64,000 nt of DNA, from assembly GCF_009914755.1 (NCBI RefSeq), contig NC_060931.1; one strand, written 5' to 3'. This document shows, piece by piece, positions 46,900-58,991 of the stretch. Position 1 is the first letter of the stretch. Every line of letters starts with the position of its first letter. The translations under genes were made by a program, and so were the position numbers. Below the pieces are notes generated by a model. It was not told where the DNA came from. It did not search any database and saw nothing but the letters and a program-made list of their open reading frames with translations. The DNA comes from the human T2T-CHM13v2.0 reference genome, Homo sapiens.

Positions 46900-48430
46900 T
46901 CCAAGCATCGCTCTCCCACCCTACCCCTGCCCCCACCCCACACACCAGTAACAGATGAGAAAAACAGCTAAAGCCCAATGCGTTGTGTTCCGCTCAAGAG
47001 CTGGGCCTGACCCCCGGGCTCCACCGCCAGCCTCCTCTGTCCAGTGGAAGGCAGCGCCAGGGATGCCTCCCGCGGTAGTACAATCTGCATGGCTGGTGAG
47101 GGGTGGGGGTAGGATTTTTCAGAATCTTCTTGAGGTTCCTCTGTTTAGCTCCTCGCCAGCCATCTTTCCAGCACCTCTCTCCCCTGGGCAAGGAATTCCG
47201 TAAAGAGTGGACCCTACTCGGTTGTGGGCTGTAAATTGTCCTTCTCTTCTCTGTTCTCTGTCCCACTCTTGTCGTCTTCAATCTCCCATTCCTCCCCACT
47301 GAACTTGTCATGGGCCCACTTGGGGCTGGTGCTTGATTTCCAGAACATGAACCGGCCCTGACCCGGAGGTCATCATGCAAGTAATACTTCTTGCTTTTGG
47401 GTGTGTAATCTAGGTCCCACTCCTCTTACCGGTTTCTTTTTTGAAAATCATTGTTACTCTTGTTATTGTTCCCAGAGTAGTTGCCTCTGTCCTGGCCTCT
47501 TCCTCTGGCTTGAAATTGAAAGTTTCCTCGAGCGCTCTGCCACCTCCTCTTTCACTTGGACCCACAAAGACTTTAGTCCCCAGTCTCGATGTCTCAAAGC
47601 CCGTGGAGCTCTCCTCTCTTTTCTCTGTCTCTTCAGTGTACTCTTCTGCTTTGTAGGAGTGAGATGACCGGGAGGAAGAGGAGGAGGATCTGGACGTGCC
47701 TCTCGCTCTCCGGTGCTTCTTCTGCTTCTTTGATCCTTTATAAGTTTTCTGTTTTCTCAGCTGACCTTTCCCTCGAGTGGCTGGAGTCTCGGGAATTCAC
47801 TGATTCTCTAGATTTACCTCGCTGAAGATCTCTCTCCTTATGTTTTTTATGACGTTCAATATCAAGGCGGAGATCAACAGGATCATCTCTGTATTTTCCC
47901 TCAGCCTTGTAGCCAGGTTTTCTGGGACTTTTCATTTCATCACGAGCCAAACCATGTTTTATGAAAGTACTGCGGGAAATGTCTATTGTCCTGTAACTTG
48001 TTTTTGGCTGCCTCTTGCTCAGTTCCTCTATTTAGGTATTTAGTAAAGTGTTTATGTAATGTCATTCCTGAGGACCCAAAGTGATGCTCTTTAACATGGT
48101 GAACAATGGTCACTATATGTTGGGCTAACAGTTCTGAGGGTCTACGCTGAGACTGAGCTGACTGTATGTGCTGGAAAATGGAACGAAACTCCTATTGGAA
48201 ACCAACAGTTTTGTTCTTAATTTCATTTCATTTGGAGCTAAGAGGACTAATTTGATGACTTTTTATCTCTTCTCCCTTGCCCTGATTTTAAAAGCCCTTT
48301 TTTTTTTCTTTTATTTTTTTAGGCATATATAGTAATATTAGAAACATTTAATTTGGGAAACTTGGATTCTTAAAAGAGAAAACAGAACATGTAAATAAAC
48401 TTTGAAGTGTTCACCTCAAAAGAAAAAAAA
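46900..48430 (-). pseudogene. THRAP3 processed pseudogene (C-terminal CDS plus 3'UTR, 5'-truncated, with inversion); possibly the annotated THRAP3P3
   Basis: Minus strand 48193->47214 translates, with frameshifts and deletions, to [46 protein letters not shown]...[30 protein letters not shown]...[10 protein letters not shown]...[12 protein letters not shown]...[10 protein letters not shown], which matches the THRAP3 C-terminus without introns. Plus strand 48194-48430 is UTR-like and ends in AATAAA plus an A-tail. Confidence 0.92.
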
Positions 48431-48949
48431 TAATAATTTTAAAAGAATGCAGATAATTTGCTTGATTTCTGTTTTCTCTGTGCTGTTTTTCTCTCTTAAA
48501 ATATCTCACTTTTTCCCCAAGTTTTATCAGTCTTGCATAGCTTTTCCTGAATCTACTAATGTGACTCCTTCTATGTGGACCATCTCTCTCTGACGTCCCC
48601 TGTGACTTGGAACCTCCTACAAAATTACCCTACTGCATGTGACATTTGAAAATTATTGTTCATATAAGGGAACACATTTGTGCTTTTTCTCCATCTGCCC
48701 TTATTTCATTTCTTTTCCCATAGCATAACTTTGATATAATAATATGGGCATAATAGAAAACAATACCCCAAAGGTTATGATTTCACATACTAAACTGTAA
48801 AATAACAACTAGCTCAACAGCTTTTCTGGAGGATGCAATGGCATCTTTTTGGCTAGGTCCAATTATGCATCAGAAACAATAGATAGGTTACTTTTTGGTA
48901 TCATTGCTCCAAGTATTACCTAGTTTCCCTCACCCTTTCCCAATATGCT

Positions 48950-50690
48950 ATTATTTGTACAAATTTATAGGGTACATGCGCAATTTTGTTACATGCATAG
49001 GTTGCATAGTGATCAAGTTAGGACTTCTAGGATATCCAAAATCCAACTAACGCACATTGCACCCATTAGGTAATTTCTCATCATCCATCCTCCTCTCCCC
49101 TCCTAACCTTCCCAAATCTCCTTTGTCTATCATTCCATTCTCTACATCTATGTGTACAAATTTTTTACCACCACTTATGAATCAGAATATGTGATATTTG
49201 ACTTTCTGTGCCTAGCTGGTTTCACTTAAGTTAAAGACCTCTAGTTCTATCCACATTGCTGCCAAACACATAATTTTATTCTTTTTATGGCTGAATAGTA
49301 TTATATTGTATACATATACACCACACATTTTCATTGTCCATTCTTCTGTTGATGGACACTTAGGTTGATTCCACATCTTTGCTATTGTGAATAGTACTAT
49401 GATTAAGATGAGTATAGGTGTCTTTTGATATATTGACTTTTTTTTCCTTTGGGTAGATACCCAGCAGTTGGATTGATGGATTGAATGGCAGTTCTATTTT
49501 TAGCTCTTTGAGAAATTTCCATAGTGTTTTCCATAGAGGTTGTAATAATTTACATTCCCACCAATCATGTAGTGGATATTGAGCACTTTTCCATATACCT
49601 GTTAATCATTTCTATGTCTTCTTTTAAAAATGTCTATTCATGTCCATTGCCCACTTTTTAGTGGGATTTTTAAAAACTGAGTTATTCAAGTTCTTCCAAT
49701 ATATTCTCATAAACAGTATATTACAATATCTAGTATACTCTAGATATTAGTCTCCTGATGGATGAATAGTTAGCAAATATTTTCTCCCATTCTGCAGGTT
49801 GTCTGTTCACTCTGTTGATTATTTCTTTTGGTGTGCAGAAGGTCTTCAGTTTAATCAAGTTTCATTTGTCTACTTTAGTTTTTGTTACCTGTGACTTTGA
49901 GGTCTCAGTCATAAACTGATTGCTCAGACCAATGTCCAGAAGAGTTTTCCATAGGTTTTCTTCTAGTATTCTTATAGTTAGGGGTCTTATGCTTAAGATG
50001 TTAATCCCTCTTGGGTAGATTTTTGTATGTAATGAGAGATAGGGGTCTAGTTTCATTCTTCTGCATATGGAAGTTCAATTTTCCCAGCACCATTTATTGA
50101 AAGGAGAGTTCTTTCTCCAACATATGTTCTTGTTGGCTTTGTCAAAGATCAGTTGGTTTAAAATATGTGACCTTATTTCTGGGTAATCCATTCTATTCCA
50201 TTGATCTATGCATCTATTTTTATACTAGTACTATGCTGTTTTGGTTACTATAGCCTCATAATATAATTTGAAATTGGGTAATGTGATCTCTCCAGGTTTG
50301 TTCTTTTTGCTTAGGATTGCTCTGGCTATTTGGGTTCTTTTTTATGGCTCCATATGAATTTTAGGATTCTTTTTTCTAATTCTGTGAAACATGGCATTGG
50401 TATTTTGATAGAGATTGCATTGAATCTGTAGATTTCTTTGGGCAGAACGGTCATTGTAACAATATTAATTCTTCTCATTCATGAGCATGGGATGTTTTTC
50501 CATTTGTTTGTGTCATTGACAATTTCTTTCATCAGTGTTTTGTAGTTTTCCTTGAAGAGATTATACATGTCTTTAGTTAAATTCATTTATAAGTATTTTA
50601 TTTTTGCCGCTATTGTAAATTGGATTATTTTCTTGATTTCTTTCTCAGCTAGATCATTATTGGTATATATGAATGCTTTTAATTGTTTTA
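48950..50690 (-). mobile_element. L1MA-type element (ORF2 3' part plus 3'UTR)
   Basis: ORF2-like remnant MKLDPYLSLHTKI...ILEENLWKTLLDIGL (49862-50056); typical antisense L1 motifs ttcccagcaccatttattga and gattgcattgaatctgtagat. Confidence 0.9.
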
Positions 50691-52479
50691 TCACTTCCCA
50701 TTAATATAAGCTTTTTTACTGTTTGGGTACATAGGAACTACATGCATGGAAACCACCTGGGTATTTCATTTTTTGATCTAAGTAACAAATGAATTCTGAG
50801 AACTAACTGTGCGACGTACACCAAGAAAGACAGACAAGATATAAACAGTAGTGTTTTTTAAAAATAATTCAAATGATCACCTATGAAGTAAAAATGGAAC
50901 AATGCACAAAACAGAAACAATTCTACTGTGACAACATTTAATGCTGTCATCACTTGAATGCATTTTAAACTATCAGTGTAAAGTTCTGATGAAAAAAATT
51001 AGAAAAGATATCTACCTTATGACTCACTGGCACCTCTACTTCACAGTCTGCACTGTCTCTTGTATTAGGAAAGATATATTTTCTCAAGTGCCACATGCTC
51101 AGTGCCTCCTTCATTAAGGGCCAGTCTAATGTGCCTTTACATTAATTCTAAGGGATCCTGTCCTATATATTCACTACACTGAGGGACTTCCAATACTCTC
51201 TTCACAAAGAAACTCCACTATCCAGTATTCTCATTCTAACTCATATCAGAGGTCAAGAAACTTGTATTCCTCCTAAAAGGACCCAAACTACAATCGCACT
51301 TCACCAATAACCTACTCAGAATCTCTTCCTCCCACCATCAGGCCTGTCCTCTATACAGTAATAATGGGCAGAAGAAAATCTAGATTACGTGCCATCCTAT
51401 TGTACTCTTAATCTCAGCTATGATTGAGGGCTGCCATCATTTTACAAACCAGATAGTTGTGTATAATTTTCAGAAGGAGTGACCTAAGTTACTCCAGTTT
51501 CACTGAAACAGTTAAAGCCTCATACAATTCCCTGAGAATTTGACTTTTTGATCCAACCAACCAATATAGTTTTAATGAATTCTGAGCACTGATGGTGCTA
51601 TATAAATTACAAAAGAAAAAAAGACAAGACACAAACTGCAGTGGTTTTTAAAATGTATTTAAATGATCACTTACCAAGTAAAAACAAAGCAATGTATAAA
51701 ATACAAGCAACTATCCAGTGACAGCATTTAATTGAGAATTGATAGGTGACAATGTTAATTTCAAGAATGTAAAATATCAAATTTTTGAGAAATACCCTGA
51801 GATACAATAATAAAATGAAGTATAAAAAGTTCTATTTACATAATTAACCCTAAATTTGGTGCTCAAAACATTTTTATAGTCTTTGGTAAGTGCTGTCTAC
51901 ACATAAGTGCCAAACTAATAAAAAATATGTCTATAATACAATAATTTTTCTATATATTTTTTTTTGTCTTTCATGCTGTCCTTTAGTTGGAGAAAACAAA
52001 TAAGTATGTTAGACCAGTAAAATTTCTGCAACTTATGTCATTTTTAGGGGAATAACTGGTAAAGAATGGTAAGAGAACTAACAGTTTTTGAATGTCTGCA
52101 GCATTTAGGTCACGGTAGTACGTACTTTCTATTTATTACCTGTTGAAAAACTTCATAAATGCCTTCTTACATCAGAACTTCTGTCATTGTTCTAAGGTGA
52201 AAAACAGAGCCAGAGAATTGATCTAACTTAGCCAGTCAGGTAGAGGTAAGATGTAAACAGTGGTTTGTCTGATCTCAAAGTCCGTGTTCTTTCCATTCTA
52301 TAATGGTGTCTCCCTTATAACTTGGAGTATCTACTAGTCTGGTTAACTGTATCAATTCGTATTTTCTAGTGCATTTACTGGAAAAGAAAAGATGCTTAAG
52401 AGAAGGCTAATGCACATTATTGGGCTTGCTCCAGGTCATAAACTTAAATAGTTTTTGTACCATCTGACAGAACAATAGC

Positions 52480-52720
52480 AATAATAAAAACTATCATTTA
52501 CTGAACTTTTAATATGTGTCAGGCACTCTCCTAGTACGTTACATGCATTACCACATTTAAACCTCAGAAAACCCCTATAGAATGCATCCCATTAATCCAT
52601 ATTGGAGATGAAAGAAAAAGATTCAGGGAGATAAAATAACTTTTTAGGAAACATGAATAGAGTATTTTCCATCCATGATGCCCCAGATTGATTAACGCTG
52701 ACGCTCATGCTCTGTCTACC
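52480..52720 (-). mobile_element. MIR
   Basis: catttactgaac...tgtgtcaggcact...catttaaacctca...gatgaaagaaa. Confidence 0.6.
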
Positions 52721-53448
52721 CTATTCCATCCTTCTCATTCTTGAAGTGAGAAAACAGTGTGACATTCTGAATAAAAGTAAATTGTAAGAACAATTGAAGT
52801 TTAAAACACTTGTATTGGGATAATGCCACCTCATTTTATGACTACCTGGAATGATATCCCTCTCTCCTTTGTTACTTAAAGATTGGTAGAATTAAAATAG
52901 ATATATTTGCATATACATTGGAGAATATTTTATATGCAGAGTAATAAGTACTATTAGCATAAGTACACAAAAGTAAAAAAAGATAACATTGTTTTTATTA
53001 AAGTTGAAGAACAAAGGCATAATTTTAATGCAATTACTATGTAAAGGACACACTGACTGTCAGTAATAGTAATGTCCTGCATTAGATGAATCCAGTTCAA
53101 AAGTGTTTAATGTGAGTATTCTCCTTGAGAGAAAATGCATACCTGTAAATACTCTATCACCTCAATTCTAAATAATGGCTATTATGTACATGTTTCTTGG
53201 ATTCAGTGTAATTTCATCATTATAAAAATAAATTCAATTACTTCATTAAGATATTTTTGAAAATATATCTATGACAGAAGTTGATAAAAGTTTATGTATT
53301 CAACATTTTTTGTCTGATTAATGCTAAGTCAGTCGCGTTTTGCTCAATTCATTGACACTCTTAATTTGGAATTGCCAAGTGAATATAACTAACAATAATT
53401 ATTATAGAAACAATCTCATATGCTAGAATAATAAAAAGTGCAAATGTC

Positions 53449-53731
53449 CCTGTAATCCCAGAACTTTGGGAGGCCAAGGTGGGTGGATCACCTGAGGTCA
53501 GGAGTTTGAGACCAGCCTGCCCAACATGGTGAAACCCAGTCTGTGCTTAAAATACAAAAATTAGCCGGGTATGGTGGCGGGCACCTGTAACCCTAGCTAC
53601 TCAGGAGGCTGATGCAGGAGAATCGCTTGAATCCAGGAGGCAATGATTGCAGTGAGCCAAGATCATGCCACTGTACTCCAGCCTGGGCAAAAAGAGTGAG
53701 CCTCTGTCTCAAAAAAAAAAAAAAAAAAAAA
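53449..53731 (+). mobile_element. AluSx-like, 5'-truncated
   Basis: Starts at cctgtaatccca; TSD-like tgcaaatg on both sides. Confidence 0.9.
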
Positions 53732-53900
53732 TGCAAATGCCATTAACACTTATTAGTAACATTAGTTATTCATCTTTCAGTAATATAAATGCTATGCCTC
53801 TTGTGTGTATGAAATGCTTCCCAATTATTCACACAAAGATAAGTTAACTTTGAAATGACTGTGATACAAAAGTGCTGAAAATTTTAACTTTTATATTTTA

Positions 53901-54068
53901 TTTATTTAATTAATTTTTAGAGACAGGATCTTGCTCTGTCGCCCAGGCTGGAGTACAATGGTGTAGTCATGGTTGACTGTAAACTTGAACTCCTAGGTTC
54001 AAGCAATCCTTCCACCTTGACCTCTAAAAAGCTGTGGGATTACAGGTATGAGCCACCATGCCCAACAG
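53901..54068 (-). mobile_element. Alu monomer (J-age, left/right hybrid)
   Basis: Right-arm 3' part joined to a left-arm 5' part; TSD acttttatatttta (53887-53900, 54069-54082). Confidence 0.75.
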
Positions 54069-55713
54069 ACTTTTATATTTTAATAAATAATTTTTAATAT
54101 CTGAAATTCTGGGCTTTTCCTCCTCATAAAACAACAACATTGTAGTAGAGAGACTTACATACCACTTAGTTATTCAACTTTATTGATACTGTATCTTTTC
54201 TACCATGTTGTTTTTTATTCAATCAAGTTTATATCTCTACCTCTATACCTAAAATGTCGTTTCCCAAAACACTGTGAATTATCTTACCAAGTCCTCATAC
54301 TTGATATTTTCTAAAATATTTTAGAATTCCTTTCCTAGCCTTTCTAAACTTTTAAAATACTTTTTGCCACAATCTCCTTTATAAAATACCGTCTTCATCT
54401 AGTGTATCTTGTCATTTGCCTTGTACCTTTTCTGGCCATACTTTCTTAGACTGTTTCTCTAGGTCTTCTCCCACTGTGGCCCTTTATATCCCAATATTCT
54501 CTGTGAAATATCCTGGCTCTTCTTTTCAATATTTTCTTTGCTTTAATGATCCCTCCCACTCCCATGGCTTGAAATATACATTTATTGAGTTCCATGCTTA
54601 CATCTTCAGCCTAACTCCTTCTCCTAAACTGAGTCACCCATTCACTAATTTTCCCATGAGATATATTGGTCTAAATATGTCATTGCTACCTCAAGCTCAG
54701 TATATCTGAATTAAATTGATATTCTTCTTCACAACACTAAGCAATCTGTTCTTCCTTTTTTCATACCCTGTACCTCCTTTACTGACTACAGGCATGATGA
54801 AAACCTTGATGGCATTTTCCTACTTTCCCTGGAAGGCACTGTGTCTTCTGCACCCTAAATCTAAGCTAACATTGCTTCAGTGTGACCTCAAGCCCTCTTC
54901 TACTCACTCTTCACTATAACTTCTATTGTCGGAGTTCTGTTTCCCTTTGCCTCTCAGTCAACGACTCACGTCACTGGCCTTCCAGCTTCTAAACTCATCT
55001 CTCTTCATTCTAGACAAACAAAATATCACTCTTCTGCTCAAAGTTTACAGTGGCTACCACCTACTTATAAGTTAAAGTCCAATATCTTACCATTGTTTGA
55101 AAGTTTATTGATAATCTGGTCCTAACTCACTGGATTGGCATGAAATCTTTTCATTGCTATCCCACATCCTGGGCTTGAGGTGCTGTGTACTACTGGGACT
55201 TTCAAGATCTAGGAAAGCTGCTGTGCCTTTTCACTTTTATTTTTTTCCTTCTCTCTGCTTAGAATGGCCTTCTACTCCTTCCTCAGTCAAAATCCACCTC
55301 ATCCTTCAAGACCCAGATCATATATTAAATTATCTTTGCGACCCTTCACACCTCCTTTATCAGCCAAATAACTTCTTTGTTCTTATAATGTTCTGTTCAT
55401 GTGTATGGTATGCCATGTTGTAATTGTGTACTTATAGTGTTGTTTAATTGTGAGTATCTCCTAAAGCCTGTAATCAGTTGAATAAGAATTTTTTTAAAAA
55501 AGTTAATTGTGAGCTTCTCAATGGCAGGGATGGCAGTATCCCATTCAGCTTTTACCACAGTGGTTACATATTTTAGCTCCTCAAAAACTCTTTGTTGTGA
55601 GTTGACTTAATAAAGCACATAGATAGATAGATAGATAGATATTTAACATTACATATAATGTATAAGTAATAAGTATTATTCATGTATATATTATATGTAT
55701 ACACACATGTGTA

Positions 55714-56154
55714 CAGTTGGCTCTTGAACAACATGATTTGATTTGGGCAGTTCAACTTACATGCATTTTCTTCCACCTCTGCCACTGCTCAAACAACAAA
55801 ACCAACCCCTTATCTATCTTCCTCTTCCTCCTCAGCCTATTCAATGTGAAGACGATGAAGATAAAGACCTTTATGATGATCCAGTTCCATTTAATGAATA
55901 GTAAATATATTGTCTCTTCCTCGTGATTTTCCAAATGTCATTTCCTTGTCTCTAGCTTACTTTATTGTAACAATATAGTATATAATACATATATAAAATA
56001 TGTATTAATTGACTGTTCATGTTATCTGTAAGGCTTCTGATCAATAGTTGGCTATTAGTAGTTAAGTTTTGGGGAAGTCAAAAGTTATACATAAATTTTC
56101 CACTGTGCATGTAGGTCAGGACCCCTAATCTGTGCATTGTTCAAGGGTCAACTT
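55714..56154 (+). mobile_element. Tigger2a (MER28)-like MITE
   Basis: TIRs cagttggctcttgaacaa / ttgttcaagggtcaactt, TA flanks, internal gaagataaagacctttatgatgatcca. Confidence 0.85.
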
Positions 56155-58654
56155 TATATACCCTTATTTGTTGTATATATGTATTTATGTGTGTATTTAT
56201 AATATATGTATCTGACATATGCATTCATATATATGAAGCCCTTTAGGGGTTAAAAAGGCCCTTAGATATCATTTTATCTATTTAATGAGTATTACAAAAT
56301 AGGAAGCCAAGAACCAAAGTCATTAATGACTTTACCAAAGTTCTACAGCATGTTAGTAACATACACAGTTTGAGTTCCTGTCCCAGATCTTCATCCAGTG
56401 TAACAACTTTCACTACATCATTTTAATTCAATAATCTCACCATTAATATGATTCTCTATAATCCTCTGTACCAAGACCAAGCTTACCCCATTGGAACAGA
56501 TATTTTGGAGTATGTCACCTCTTTTCTCTTCCAATTCCCTTCTTGCCTCTTTATTTTCATCAAGTGATACACACATAGTGATTCTGTAACTTCTAAATTT
56601 TCATTTATGGTATATCTTTTTTCTTTAAATATTCTCTAGTTCTTTTGAGAACTACGTTCAACTCCTTTACAGATATATTAAAGTCTCCTTTCCCTTTGGT
56701 AAAAAAAAAAAAATAAAGAAGTCATTATTTTGCTTTCCAATTGAATGAACTATTTTTTTTTTTTACCAAACCAAGGATCACCAGTCAAGAAATATCTTTA
56801 ACATCCTCATCACACTAGCTTACATTTGCATACAGCTTTGAAGTTTACCAATCACTTTCTCATAACTCATGTGATTTTCACACACTGCAGATAGGCAGAA
56901 GAAGGTGTCATCACATTTACATGCAGTTGAGAAAACTAAGGGTCAAAATTTAAGTGAACTGCCAAAATTCCTACAGCTAGCAAGAGCTAGGACTGGCACT
57001 GGAATCAAGGTCTCCATATCATTGTTTCTGAGAGCTTCCCACTATTTTAAACTGTTTATTGGCTTGTGTTCCTACCATGACATTTATGATGACATATATT
57101 GACACCTCAGATGCTGTACAGTGAATGTTGGCTGGGCTCTTTTCCATCTGAATTATTGCTTGGCTCTTGTTACTTTGCTAGTATAAATTTCAACTAGGCA
57201 ACTACTATTTCATCCTACACTGACTTACCTAAGAAGCTCTCCCCAAGCATCCATATGATACCATTTAATGGTAAATTATAATTTGATTAATGTTTGTCAT
57301 TATGAATGTGCTTTTAACAAGTAAAACCCTAGCTTACGCTAAATTAGAGATCTTCAAATCTTCGTTTCAAATTGAAGTAAATTAATTTTATTTCATTTGA
57401 ATTCATTACTCAACTGATCTTCAAACTTAAGGTGTTAGCAAGAATAATCTTGCTTTTTAAAATGTGTATATGTTTCATGTAATCTTCTAAGACAAATTGT
57501 GTACTTTGACTTTAAATAAATTTCTGTTTAATCTCCTCACTAAATTTCTGGATAGCTGCAACTTCTTTAAAAATTCCAGATATCGATAGTGATGCAATTG
57601 TAGAGTAGACTGAGCTGTCTCTTCAGTAGTGGTGCAGAGATGGGCTGAAGCAGGAAAAGACACTCACTCCCTGAAACCTGTTTGCAACCCCATGACGAAT
57701 ACATACTTTCCCTTTCAACTACAACATTCTCTTAATGTTTGGCATGACCAAGTTATTCTTAAATTACCCCCTAGCTCTAAGCAACAGGAATAATCTTTTC
57801 CCATTTTATTCCTATGAACATGTGAAGTTTCAGGTCCCCTAAGGAATTCTCAATGTTTTTTTAATGCAGAGAGAAAGCGAACCCGCAGAAAAGGGGTTGG
57901 TAATTCCTCACTCCGTATTGTTTTCCTGCCTGTCACGGCCCCCGCCAGAAACTCCAAGCATTTTGCCAATGGGTAATGATGGGCAGTTAGTAGCTGCTTT
58001 TGTTGGGTGGTTGAAAAACAAAGCAAAACAATTCTCAAGGAAGGAAGAGAAAGTTTGAACCCAGACATCCTAAAAGTTGTACACTTTAAAAATCCTCCGA
58101 CTCGCTAGTTAATAATTGAGTTTTCAGTCTTTCCCTGAAGGCTCACTGGAGCCCCATTTGCCTTTAATTGTTGGAACCGCCCTCACTTGGCTTGTTTCTG
58201 AGGTGTCCCACATATCACAAAGCTAAAGTTAACAAATTCAACTCTATATCCACAAATGTCATGACAGTGAGCATATTGCTTTGCCTAAAGAATAAAGACT
58301 GAGACTAAACTCTTTGCTTGTTCTTTGCTAGAAATCTGTTTGAGAAACTCCTAGTAGAATGAAAATCCAGGGGTTAAAAATAATGCACTTCATCATGGAA
58401 GTGCGCGTTGCCCTCATTACAGAGCTGCGAGAGAAATATTCCAGCTACTCACTGTTGCCTCTTAGTTGTTATGCTTTTCTTTCCTAATTGCATCGGACAT
58501 GACCTATTTGCTTCCTAAGAAATCATACTTTTTACCTTAGGATACCAGCATAACCAAGCCATCCAAAAGCACCGGGGTCCCTACAGAAGCCCACCAGCTC
58601 CTTAATGTGGCCCCAGATGTGAAGATGGGGAAAGGGTAACTCCGTCCCACTTAC

Positions 58655-58844
58655 CAGTCTTCCACAGATAGAGGGTGGGCGCCTCCGCCTCGCCCTGCGC
58701 CGCAGCCCTGCCGGCGCCCGGGCGTAGCAGCAGCAGCAGGAGCAGCGGCAGCGGCAGCGGCAGCGGCAGCAGCTGCAGGACGCCCCGGCGCGGCCCCGCA
58801 GCGCCCCGGCTCCCGGACGCCCAGCGCCTGGCTTGCAGCCCCAT
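58655..58844 (-). CDS. THSD7A: THSD7A coding exon 1 (190 nt): signal peptide and start of the ectodomain, MGLQARRWASGSRGAAGPRRGVLQLLPLPLPLPLLLLLLLRPGAGRAAAQGEAEAPTLYLWKT(G)
   Basis: The translation matches the human THSD7A N-terminus as I recall it. ATG at 58844 is in strong context (GGCGGC ATG G). A canonical donor ACTG|GTAAGT follows 58655 (phase 1), and the hydrophobic poly-Leu core fits a signal peptide. Confidence 0.97.
58725..58776 (-). repeat. Coding (CTGCCG)n + (CTG)n repeat giving the Leu/Pro and poly-Leu signal-peptide core
   Basis: Plus strand reads tagcagcagcagcaggagcagcggcagcggcagcggcagcggcagcagctgc. Confidence 0.9.
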
Positions 58845-58991
58845 GCCGCCTGCAGCCACTCCAGGGTCCAGAGCCGTAGCACGCTCGGCAGGGAATTTTT
58901 CTCCGCTCTTGGAACGTCTTTTCAAAGAGTACAGAAAGCAAAGCTCTTTCCTGCTATTGTTCGCTTCAGATGAGAAGGAGGGAGAGCGCGT

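Noticed and set aside
46955-48043. ORFs over the THRAP3 copy as a functional retrogene
   Set aside because: 5'-truncated, with frameshifts and internal deletions.
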